From assembly GCF_030684315.1 (NCBI RefSeq), contig NC_081389.1, forward strand, positions 18,915,203 to 18,979,202: a stretch of DNA of 64,000 bases. Reading direction: 5' to 3'. Position numbers and translations under genes: made by a program. The DNA is from Stegostoma tigrinum. Taxonomy: Eukaryota. Numbering within the stretch: position 1 is the stretch's first letter; every line of letters begins with the position of its first letter. Positions 23,670 through 35,900 of this stretch are shown in pieces. The notes under the pieces are model-generated. The model saw only the letters and a program-made list of their open reading frames with translations, did not search any database and had not been told where the DNA came from.

Positions 23670-25682
23670 TCAGTGATAATGGGAACTGCAGATGCTGGAG
23701 TATCCAAGATAACAAAGTGTGAAGCTGGATGAACACAGCAGGCCAAGCAGCATCTCAGGAGCACAAAAGCTGACGTTTCGGGCCTAGATCCTTCATCAGA
23801 GAGGGAGATGGGGAGAGGATTCTGGAATAAATAGGGAGAGAGGGGGAGGTGGACCGAAGATGGAGAGAAGATAGGTGGAGAGGAGAGTATAGGTGGGGAG
23901 GTAGGGAGGGGATAGGTCAGTCCAGGGAAGACGGACAGGTCAAAGAGGCGGGATGAGGTAGTAGGTAGGAAATGGAGGTGCGGCTTGAGGTGGGAGGAAG
24001 GGATGGGTGAGAGGAAGAACAGGTTAGGGAAGCGGAGACAGGCTGGGCTGGTTTTGGGATGCAGTGGGGGGGAGGGGAAGAGCTGGGCTGGTTTTGGGAT
24101 GCAGTGGGGGAAGGGGAGATTTTGAAGCATGTGAAGTCCACATTGATACCATTGGGCTGCAGGGTTCCCAAGCGGAATATGAGTTGCTGTTCCTGCAACC
24201 TTCGGGTGGCATCATTGTGGCACTGCAGGAGGCCCAGGATGGACATGTCATCTAAAGAATGGGAGGGGGAGTTAAAATGGTTCGCGACTGGGAGGTGCAG
24301 TTGTTTATTGCGAACTGAGCGGAGGTGTTCTGCAAAGCGGTCCCCAAGCCTCCACTTGTTTCCCCAATGTAGTGGAAGCCACACCGGGTACAATGGATAC
24401 AGTATATCACATTGGCAGATGTGCAGAATATCTGCTTAATATGGAAAGTCATCTTGGGGCCTGGGATGGGGGTGAGGGAGGAGGTGTGGGGGCAAGTGTA
24501 GCATTTCCTGCGGTTGCAAGGGAAGGTGCCTGGTGTGGTGGGGTTGGAGGGGAGTGTGGAGCGGACAAGGGAGTCACAGAGAGAGTGGTCTCTCCGGAAG
24601 GCAGACAAGGGTGGGGATGGAAAAATGGCTTGGGTGGTGGGGTCAGATTGTAGATGGCGGAAGTGTCGGAGGATGATGCGTTGTATCCGAAGGTTGGTGG
24701 GGTGGTATGTAAGAACGAGGGGGATCCTCTTGGGGCAGTTGTGGCGGGGGCGGGGTGTGAGGGATGTGTTGCGGGAAATGCGGGAGACGCGGTCAAGGGC
24801 GTTCTCGACCGCTTCGGGGGAAAGTTGCGTTCCTTGAAGAATCTGGACATCTGGGATGTGCGGGAGTGGAATGCCTTATCCTGGGAGCAGATGCGGCGGA
24901 GGTGGAGGAATTAGGAATAGGGGGTGGAATTTTTGCAGGAGGGTGGGTGGGAGGAGGTGTATTCTAGGTAGCTGTGGGAGTCAGTGGGCTTGAAATGGAC
25001 ATCAGTTTCTAGCTGGTTACCTGAGATAGAGACAGAGAGGTCCAGGAAGGTGAGGGATGTGTGGGAGATGGCCCAGGTGAACTTGAGGTTGGGGTGGAAG
25101 GTGTTGGTGAAGTGGATGAACTGTTTGAGCTCCTCTTGCTCCCGAGAGGCGGCACCGATACAGTCATCAATGTATCGGAGGAAGAGGTGGGGTTTGGGAC
25201 TTGTGTAGGTGCAGAAGAGGGACTGTTCCACATAACCTGCAAAGAGGCAGGCATAGCTTGGGCCCATGCGGGTACCCATGGCCACCCCCTTTGTCTGTAG
25301 GAAGTGGGAGGAATCGAAAGAGAAGTTGTTGAGGGTGAGGACGAGTTCGGCTAGGTGGATGAGGGTGTCGGGGGATTGGTCGGGCCTGCGGGACAGGAAG
25401 AAGCAAAGGGCCTTGAGGCCATCTGTATGAGGAATACAGGTGCCTAGGGACTGGACGTCCATGGTGAAAATGAGGTGTTGGGGGCCAGGGCATTGGAAGT
25501 TCTGGAGGAGGTGGTGGGCGTGGGTGGTGTCAAGTACGTAGGTATGGAGTTCCTGGACCAAAGGGGAGAAAATGGAGTCCAGATATGTGGAGATGAGTTC
25601 GGTGGGGCAGGAACAGGCTGAGACAATGGGTCGACCAAGGCAGGCAGGTTTGTGGATTTTGAGAAGGAGATAGAAACGGGCC
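23670..25682 (-). mobile_element. Longest Neptune-type PLE copy: RT core, Cys linker, GIY-YIG, long 3' end; inactivated; inserted in an old CR1 tail
   Basis: FTMDVQSL, GVAMGTRMGPSYACLF, FLRYIDDC; premature TAA at 24911-24913 and frameshifts; hammerhead core 23772-23799; flanks join into one CR1 3' tail. Confidence 0.95.
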
Positions 25683-26269
25683 TGAGATTTCCTATCTCTG
25701 CCACACTTCTGGACAGTGAGTTCCTGTATTTCACGACCCTCTCGGTGAAAGAAGTTGTAAGGCCCTTGATAATTGCTGAGCCACCATCTTCAATGGCTGA
25801 AGTCCTTTTAGATGCTGCATCATTTACATCTACAGCATTTACTATAGATTCATCTGCTGTATTTCGCTTGAGGCACGGGTTGAGTGTATAAGGTGCAGCA
25901 ACAGATTGAGTCTGATCACACCGCTTACGGTAACTTGGAACCTCAGAGACGACTCAGCATTATTATTTCCATTGACAGCTTTTTCTTCAAAGTTGAGTGC
26001 TGCAGGAAAATTCATATGGGCCTGAAAAAAGCGAACCAGCATCTGCAGTTCTTTGCTTTGGAGAATTACAGGTTTGTTGTTGTCCCAGTTTAAGTCGAGC
26101 CGCAGATGGCAAGTTCTTCAGCGTGTTCGGTTTCCTTACAATTGCACATTTCCAGCAACCTGCAAGACTTTGCACGGAATAGAAAGGGTGGGAGTGGGCT
26201 AGGCAAAAAGAAAAATTCTTTAACCCATTGCCCCAAAGAAATCTGGATCGCCCGAACTGCAACTTGGTC

Positions 26270-26930
26270 CCAAAACCCTGCCCGGTGTGACGCACTGGGC
26301 AGGAGGTTCCGGGTGACGTCGGCGGGGAGGGCGGGGGACCTCCTTTGTGACATCACAATAGAAGACACCGGTTGGCCGGCAACGGCGAGTGAGTTATTCG
26401 CGCGTGCGCGGTTCCACTCGGCAGAAGGGTGCGAGCGTGAGAGGCTGGCGGGTGGAGGAGGAGGCCGCGGGTGGAGGGTAGGTGGAGGGTGAAGCAGTTC
26501 GTTAACTTTTCTGACGTCTGTGTCTGTGAGGGGAGGAGGTGATACGTTAAGAGAATCGGAAACGATGTCGGAATTCGACGCTAATCCGTTCGCGGATCCG
26601 GTGGATATCAATCCCTTTCAGGTAAGTTTGTAATTTGGTGCTGGTGCGTAAGAGTAAACAATTTTTTTTCCGGGGCGGTTTTCGCTGGGCAGCGGAGCGT
26701 CGAGGCGCAATCCTGAGTCGACCGAACCTGCTGGGCGGCTGATTGACGTGGTGTCCGACCAATCAAGGAGCTCGTGCCTGCTTTCCACGCCCAGTCAGCG
26801 GGGGCGGGGGCGGGGGAAAGTCGGAGGGCTCCAGCGCGTTCGGTTGCTGCCGCACCTTTTTGTTGCCTTCTCTGCCTCTTCACCGCAAGTCGCTGGAAAA
26901 CGCAGCAGCCGTTGCCCACACCCATCACAT
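26270..26930 (+). promoter_or_regulatory. SCAMP2 CpG island promoter (CRE-like TGACGTC, GC box, ETS TTCCGG, TGTGACATCACA near-palindrome)
   Basis: CpG-rich region around exon 1 with motif matches at 26300-26390. Confidence 0.7.
26565..26621 (+). CDS. SCAMP2: SCAMP2 exon 1 ([19 protein letters not shown])
   Basis: 57 nt, CAG|gtaagt. Confidence 0.96.
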
Positions 26931-29900
26931 AAAAGCTACTGCTTATTATTCCAAATACTCCCCTGACAGGATGTCCTGAAGCATTATAGTCATTATTCAC
27001 GTCGGTTTTGTTTCTGTTTTTGTTTTTCACCACCACCTCCAGTGTCGTTTTATCACTTTTTGTAATCTGGAGACGAGATCCGTTCGCGACACGAAATGTG
27101 ATCAGAGATAATGGGAACTGCAGATGCTGGAGAATTCCAAGATAATAAAATGTGAGGCTGGATGAACACAGCAGGCCAAGCAGCATCTCAGGAGCACAAA
27201 AGCTCCTGAGATGCTGCTTGGCCTGCTGTGTTCATCCAGCCTCACATTTTATTATCACGAAATGTGATCAGTACGGGTTTAGCATAACCCTCTCCTTTCT
27301 CGTCTCGAGTTATTTATCTGAAGACGTGAGCAGAAGTAAGCCGTTCAGTTATGTGCACCGCCATTCGACGAGATCAGGGCTGAGCTGACATTCCTCAATT
27401 TCATGTCCTCGCCTTTTCCCCTCATTGCCCTCGATCCCCTTTACAAACATGGGTAGGAAGTAGTGGAGAAACCCAGTACGTCTGGGAGTATTTGTGGAGA
27501 GAGAAACACGGTTAATGTTTCGAGTGCAGTGACCTTTCTTCAGAGTTTGACTCCCTTACTGATTAAAAGTCTTCTTGAATATGCTTAATGACAGCCTCCT
27601 GTGCTGAAGAATTCCAAATCACTTGTCTCTGAAAGTATACATTCCTCCTCAGTCTTAAATGGGTGCGCCCCCCCCCCCCCCCCGACTCTATATAATACTA
27701 CCTGAGATATTGTGAGACTGCTGCAGTGTTACCTGGTAAAATATTTTACAAGTTTTTCAGTGATTTTTGCCAGACTGGGGTTTGGCTGGGAGCAGGTGCA
27801 GCTCACTCCTTAGCAAAGATTGCACAACAAGCTGTGGCTGACACCCATCTCAGTTATTTCTATACTTTCATTTCAGAAACTATCCTTGAAAGAATACCAA
27901 AAGCATTATAACTGCATTCTTAACAATTTCTTTTTTTTTGTACTGGCTGTAGCACTGTATCATTTTTGAAGTGTGAAGAGCAGTGTAGTGTAAATGTGGT
28001 CTAACAAAGGTTCAATGCAGGTTTAAAATAACCTACTTTTAAGATCCAGAGCTAATCTACACAGGCACACCTCAAGCATCAGTTTTATATTACTTCAGAC
28101 CCACTTGTTTATATTTCCAGTTGTGTGCGTTTTGCAGAGCACTTGGTCAGAAGTTACACAACACCAGGTTGTTGTCCAACAGTTTTATTTGAAATTGCAA
28201 GCTTTTGGAGCAGTGCTCCTTTGTCAGTTAACCACCACAGTGCAACTCTGGCACCTCTGTTACGAGTACTTGGGTAAAGACATCCAGCTAGAACCCTATC
28301 TGCAAGTAATCCAGTCTATATATGCCATCATTTGACTTGCCTCTTGTGATGTTGGCATCACTGGCAAAGAAGTATTTGTTGCTTATCCCCAAGTAAGTCA
28401 TGCTGAATTGCCTTGAACCGCATTAGTCCTTTTTTTTGTGGGTAAACCTAAAATGCATTTCGGGAGGCTCTTCCAGATTTAAGGTACAGTGACAATAAGG
28501 GAGGAAGTACATAAGCTCCAAGTCTGAATTTGCTGTGGCTTGTTGGTGTTTCCATGTACCTACTGTCATGTTTTTAATTTGTAGGAGGAGTGTTTGGAAA
28601 GTGCTGAAGGAAGAGCCTTCTCAAATTGCTGTAGTAGATGCAGCCCACTGCTGCCACAGTGTATTGATGTTGTAGGGAGTAAATGTTGATGGTAATCCAT
28701 GGGTTGTGATCACATAGGCAGCTTTGTCTTGGAGCCTTCTGTATTTTCTCTCCTGTAAATGTTTAGATTTTTCTTGAGTGCATCTGTTTGTCTCGGACTT
28801 AATTGGTAGCTTTTCCATATTCTAACCACTCGTTTTTATAGGAGCTTGTCCCAAATTCCTGATTGCATTTTTAGTCAAATATTGAAACCTCTAATTTTAG
28901 ACTCTTACCCAACATGAAAGCACTTCTGTATGCCCCATTAAACTTTTAAAGAATTCTATTCTGTCACCTGCATGAATAATAATTAGTTGTCTCGCGAGAC
29001 CAAAAAGCCGCAATATTTAGTGTAATGTTTTAGAATAACTGAGGAATTTGAAGTATTGTCCTTGTCAGTTTGTCTATTTTTTACACCTTCCCTAGGACTA
29101 CCACATCGTTTGTATAAAATTTGAGAGCAGAACAGTTCACAGTACCAAATGTGGTCAAACCAAGTTTTGCATAACCTGCTTTTCAAGATCATCCCCTGAG
29201 AAATGAACTGGATGTGTAATTTGTGGCTGTTAATGACATGGTCAGCCCGTCTTTTTCTTAAACCGTGACACTTTCTGATCTCTTTGATCCTCTGAATACG
29301 TTTTTATTTTTAATATGTTAACATCTATACTTACATTGTGGGGCAGTGTAATAAGAACATTTTAAAACAGGAGAGACTTCCAGCCTCTTGAGTTAGTTGT
29401 AATTTCCTCACATTTTTGAGCTTTTGGTTTCTAAGATGCAGCAGAATATTTGCAAATTATTTCTTGCTGGAGGATACTATCCTTTGACAGGAATTGAACA
29501 TAAAAATAAGGATGGAATGCTTCGGTTAAATAAGGTATTGGTGAGACCATGTTTTGAATGCTATGTGCAGTTTTTGTCACTTTTTTTAAAAAGACATAAA
29601 AAGCTGACAGGGATATTCAGAGCCAGTTCAATTTAATACCTGGAATCGGTAGGTTGTCTGACGATGCTTTACACAGGCTAAGCTTGTTTCTGTGAAAGTT
29701 TAAAGGAATGGGGAATGACTTGATTGAAGATTCTGAATGGTCTTGACAAGGTTGATGTGAAGGGCTGTTTCATTTTTGTATGATAATCCAGAACTAGGCA
29801 CTGTTTTGAAATTAGACATCACCTTTTAACGACAGTGGTGAGGAGAATTTTTGTTTTGAGGGTTATGCGACTTTGGTGCACTCTGCCTCAGAAGGTGATA

Positions 29901-32900
29901 GAAGCAGGGTTAATAAATAGTCTTGAGATGGGTGAATAGATTCTTATTAGACAAGAAGATGTGGGGTGGATGTGTTAGATGACAGGGTGGAATTTGAAAC
30001 AATGAAGGATCAGCCATGACCTTGTTGAATGATGGAGCAAGCTCAAGGGGCTGAATGGTCTACTTTTGCTTCATTAATAAAAAGTGGAAGAACTAGTTTG
30101 TTATCTTGGCTTTTGCGCAGCTGAACAATTGACCTGTTGCAATTAGAGCATAGGTCACTTAAGTTTTGGTGGAAGCTTAAAACTGATGTCTAGAGGTAGA
30201 TTGCCTGTCAAAGATTACTGTTGCAAGCTTCAGATTCTGGAATAGTTTGGCCAAAGATAGAATATTCTGTTCAGAAATAATTATGGAAAAATAAGTTTAG
30301 ATTTGAAGGAGGTGAGCTATTAAATGAAAAACAAAAGGAAATTGCTTTGTAGCCACACTACATCTACAGAAAGAGAAATAGTTAATGTTTTATGTTTGTT
30401 GCCTTCCATCAGCTAAAATATCTGGCTTTGTGCTGTGGAATTAAACAAACACTTGTCACTTCAATTTGGGCAGTAGGCTGTCAATGTCAAATTTATCATA
30501 AAACTATAGCATTCCAGTATAATACTATTTCTGGGAGGAAAAGCTTGCTGCCTTGTGTTGAATATTGTAAATAGGAACAAACAGTTTAGAGCAAACAGCC
30601 TAAAGTAGACTATTGGAAATAGAGGCTGGCTGAACATGATGGGATGTTTTATTATGTAAACATATATAATTGACTAATTGAGTAAAACTATTTTTATAAA
30701 TGAAAGCTACACATGAACTGATGATAAACCAGTTGTTTTTGAGCAATGCAGAGCCACAAAATGGTTTCATCTTGATGGGTACTTGTTATAATTACTGATC
30801 ATGTGTTTTGTTTTATTAATACACTTTCGGTTAGGACACAACTTTCAAGAAATTGTCAGAATTGCATACAGAGGAGCACGTGAAAGATAAAGCTGTGGAG
30901 GAACTTAAGGAGGGAATTCAAGTCCACGCCATAGGCAGCTGAAGACTGATAAGATCTTCAGAGGGCTTGGCAGGGTGGATGTTGACAGGAATATTTGTTT
31001 TGTTCATTCATGGAATGTGGGTGTCAGTGGCTGAGCACTTATTGCCTACTTCTGGTTGCTGTTGATTAGGTGGTGGTAAATTGCTGCCTTGAAATTCTGT
31101 TTTACACTTGGTGTAGGCAGACTAACAATAATATTAGAGTTCCAGAATTTTGACCTGGTGACACAATGAAGTCACAATGATGAGTGGCTTGGAGGGATGA
31201 TGTTTCCACACTTCAGGTGCCCTTGTCTTTGTCGGTGGGTGTGGCTGTGAGCTATTGCTTCCCCCTTTTATATACTCTGCGTGGACCTCAGGTCTGAGCC
31301 TGGCACCGACTTCTGCAAGCAAAAGCTATTGTTTCAGCACGTTGGCTGGCATCTGCGGAACCTTCAGGCAGCTGTGCAGCTTAAAGGGAATATTTGATCA
31401 TCAGTTTGGAATGTTTCTGTGGTATTACTTGTCGCTGGTACATGCCACTGATGCTCAGTAGCAGCAGAAGGAATGACCACTTGTGACTGTGTCATTCCAG
31501 TGGGTTGATGTTTCCTGGATGGTGTCAGGCTTCGAGTGTTGCTTGAGCTGCACTCATCCGAGCAAGTGGGATTACTCCAGCACAGTCCTGACCAGTATTC
31601 TGTAGATGGCAGGTAGGCGTTGACAGTGAAGAGAAGGGTTACTTGCTGGTTTCTTAACCTCTGACTTTTCCTATAGTCAGAGTATTTGGGGTTAGCCCAG
31701 TTCAGATAACTCCCAGGATGGAATAGTAGGGAACCCCCATGATGAAGCTATTGAATGTCACAATGCTGTTTCACCTTGTGGTAGAAAGCAAAAGTAGTGG
31801 ACATAGTTTGAGTCAGAGACCATTTTAGACTGCCATTTGGGACTGACAGTTGTCAGTCTTGGAATACCCTTCTCCAGAACTTGATAAAGACAAAGTAATT
31901 GTTCACTTGTAAGACAGATTTAGAATAACTTTCCTTTGAGTGAAAAGCCTATTGTTTTAAACTCTAAGTGCTGTCAGCACTGTCCCCATTAAATTGCCTC
32001 TGATTAAACTGGTCACCATAATTCTGTGATAACAAAGTGTGGAGCTGGATGAACACAGCAGGCCAAGCAGCGTCTTAGGAGCACAAAAGCTAATGTTTCA
32101 GGCCTAGACCCTTCATCAGAAAAAGGGGATAGGGAGAGAGGGGGAAGCAGATTGAAGATGGATAGAGGAGAAGATAAGTGGAGACGAGACAGGCACGTTT
32201 AAGGGGTGGGGATGGGGCCTGTAGAGGTGAGTGTAGATGGGGAAGTAGGGAGGGGATAGTTCAGTCTGGGGAGGACGAACAGGTCAAGGGGGCAGAATGA
32301 GGTTAGTAGGTAGGAAATGGAGGTGCGGCCTGAGGTGGGAGGAGGGGATAGGTGAGAGGAAGAACAGGTTAGAAGAGTGGGATCGAGCTGGGCTGGTTTT
32401 GGGATGCAGTGGGGGAAGGGGAGATTTTGAAGCTTGAGAAGTCCACATTGATACCATTGGGCTGCAGGGTTCCCAAGCGGAATATGAGTTGCTGTTCCTG
32501 CAACCTTTGGGTGGCATCATTGTGGCACTGCAGGAGGCCCGGGATGGACATGTTGTCTAAGGAATGTGAGGGGCAGTTGAAATGGTTGCGACTGGGAGGT
32601 GCAGTTTTTTTACTGCGAACCGAGCGGAGGTGTTCTGCAAAGCGGTCCCCAAGCCTCCACGTGGCTCCCCCTCGTCCTCACGTACCACCCCTCCAACCTC
32701 CTGGATCCAACACATCATCCTCCGACACATCCACTATCTACAATCTGACCCCACTACTAACGACATTTTTCCATCCCCACCCTTGTCTGCTTTCCAGAGG
32801 GGCCACTCTCCCCATGACTCCCTTGTCCGCTCCACACTCCTCTCCAACCCCACCACACCAGGAAGTGCTACACTTGTCCCCATTCCTGGTCCCTCACCCC

Positions 32901-35900
32901 CCTCCCCTGCCCCAAGAGAATTTTTCCACATCAAGCAGATATTCACCTGCACATCTTCCAATGTGGTATACTGCATCTGCTGTACCCATTGTGGCTACCT
33001 CTACATCGGGGAAATCAAGCGGAGGCTTGGGGGCTGCTTTGCAGAATACCTACGCTTGGTTCACAATAAACAACTGCACCTCCCAGTCGCGAATCATTTC
33101 AACTCCCCCTCCCATTCCTTAGATGACACATCCATCCTGGGCCTCCTGCAGTGCCACAACGATGCCACCCGAAGGTTGCAGGAACAGCAGCTCGTATTCC
33201 ACTTTAGAACCCTGCAGCCCAATGGTATCAATGTGGATTTCACAAGCTTCAAAATCTCCCCTCCCCCCCCCACTGCATCCCAAAACCAGCCCAGCTCAAT
33301 CCCTGCCTCTAACCTGTTCTTCCTCTCTCCTATTCCCTCCTCTCTCACCTCAAGCCGCACCCCCATTTCCTACCTACTAACCTCATCCTGCCCCCTTGAC
33401 CTCTCCATCCTCCCCAGACTGACCTAACCCCTCTGTCTCTACCTCGCCACCTACAATCACCTCTCCAGGCCCCATCCCCGCCCCTTAAACCTATCTGTCT
33501 CCTCTCCACCTGTCTTCTCCTCTATCCATCTTTGATATGTCTCCCCATTTATTTCAGAACCCTCTCCCCAACGCCCTCTTCTGATGAAGGGTCTAGGCCC
33601 GAAACGTCAGCTTTTGTGCTCCTAAGATGCTGCTTGGCCTGCTGTGTTCATCCAGCTCCACACTTTATCTCGGATTCTCCAGCATCTGCAGTTCCCATTA
33701 TGTCTGACCATAATTCTGTGTTCAAATTTTTGTGATGAATAGAGGGAAACATTAACAGTGCAAGAACATAACAGTTCTGTGACAAAAATCACATGGACTG
33801 TCTACCCGAACAGTCTTGGCAAACACCTGTTTCAATTCTGCATGGCAAAACTTAATATTTTATACTGAGATAAGATAGAGGGCAATTGCCACTATACCTG
33901 AAATTATACCTCCACACCTGGGTTCAATTAGCACAAAAATCAAAGATAATATTCTCAGTGCAATATTGAGGTGCTTTGAGGTTGTTGTTATGAAAACGGC
34001 TATTTAAATGAGAAAACCTCCCTATAATTTTTAAAGGCAAAGTCAGAAAATATTAAGCAACCCCCCCAGTGGAGTGCTGTTGCAAGAAAAAAATTACCAA
34101 CTCTTGTGTAAGGAAATGGAAACTTAAGATTAAAATCATATTTTCTGGAGTGATGATGCACCTCCATCCCTTGTGACACCCACCAGTCTCGAAAGGTCTT
34201 ATTTGTACTACTGTTGAAAACCGCATGCTCCCTATCCAGGGACACCCAAGCATGGACATCTCTGCAAAAGAGGGACAAACTGTAGGATCCGTGACCCCTT
34301 CTGCAGTTTGCTGCCTGGACCCATTAAGGCCAACTTGTTCAGGTGCAGGAATAGACCCATGAGAACGCCCTCTGACTTGTCTGCACCTCCTCACATCAGA
34401 TGTCTGGGGCTGAAGTACAGCTAATATTTGAGAACTCCCTTCAAAAATGGGTTGCTGGAGTAAATAGCAATGTGGTGAGATGGCCAACTCCATTTCATGG
34501 GACAGCAAACTTGAACTAAGTGACTTACCCGTGATCCTAATTTTTTTTAATAAAAGACAAACTACTGATGATGAACACTTTGCTGATTTTAACTGCTTTG
34601 AGGTCGAATTTGTAGAACAGAAAAGTTGTGAAGGGTTCTCGGGCTGGAGGAAGCTATAAAGATGGAATTTGGAGGAGTGGCAGGTAGAATCAAGGAAATG
34701 ATGAGAATTGAAATAGTCTTTCCAAACCAAGAGCCAGTGTAAATCAGCAAGCGATGAGGGAAAAGAATTTGATCCAAGTGCAACCAGCAGAAATCTGGCT
34801 GAGTACAAGCTAGGAAGGGTGGAATGTGAGAGGCCAACCCAGAGATGGAGAGGCAACAATTTGACATTACTGGCTTGGACCAGTATGACATGATAATGTT
34901 CAGTTTACTTAAGCAACTGTTTTAAAAAATAAATGGATAGACTAGCCAAGATTGAAAATGGTGGGGAAACAGAACAAATTCATTTATGTGGAAGCGATGA
35001 ATTGTTAATTCAACAGATTCTCTACGAAAATGATAATCTGATACAATTTGTTTAATTTTACCAACTTATTTGAATCTACACTGCACTCATGTGTTCCTTT
35101 TTGGTTTAGTTGCATGTTTCCTAAGCTTCCATATTGAGTTCCTGAACAAATCCCCTATCAGCAGTCAAAAGTCTGTGTTTTTGTATTTCAAATTGTGGCA
35201 AATGAGACCAGGTATATTTTTCAGATTCTTTCTGATTCAGCTTTGGTAAATTTTGCTTAATTTCCAAATAAATTTGTGACAGTTTCACTGCAAGTTATTT
35301 GGTGAATACAACTTAGACCAGTTTAATTCCATGTCTTAATCATTTCAACTAGTGCTATGGCTGATGCCTTCACAATGTTGCAATCTGCTTAGATATTCTT
35401 TTTTGTTCAGAACATCCCAGGAGGCCCTTGTATATCTCAAGTACATTTTACTCAGTTCCTCACTGACCGTGATGAACATCTTGTTCTCCATTCTTATTTA
35501 TAGAAGAGCAATCATCAAATTGTGACTCCACTAAATGAGTAAAAATTTCATCACTTTAATGTGACACAGGGTAACTTTACTGTCTTCTAGCAAACAAGGC
35601 AAAATTTGCATTTATATAGCCATTTTCATAACACAAGAATCTCAAAGCACCTCTACTGCACGGAGAATATAGTCTTTGGTTTTTTTTTGTGCTGACTGAA
35701 CCCAGGTGTGGAGATATGATTTCAGGTATAGTGGCAATTGACCTCTGCTGTCTTTTTTTTCCAATGTAAAATATTAAGTTTTGCTATGCAGAACTGATAT
35801 AAACAAATGTTTGCCAAGACTGTTTGGGTAAGCAGTTTGAGAGTTTTATCACAGAACTGTTACGTTCTTGCTCTGTGACTATTTCCCTATTTTTCACAAG

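Noticed and set aside
25444-25953. 170-codon stop-free minus-strand frame running into the PLE, near the SCAMP2 promoter
   Set aside because: No ATG, partly a decayed CR1 tail, and out of frame with the PLE RT.
34053-34859. 268-aa minus-strand ORF between the inverted arms (possible transposase or nested gene)
   Set aside because: Its N-terminal third matches a decayed L2 ORF2 end; the rest has no recognisable domain or DDE motif, and the start is TTG.
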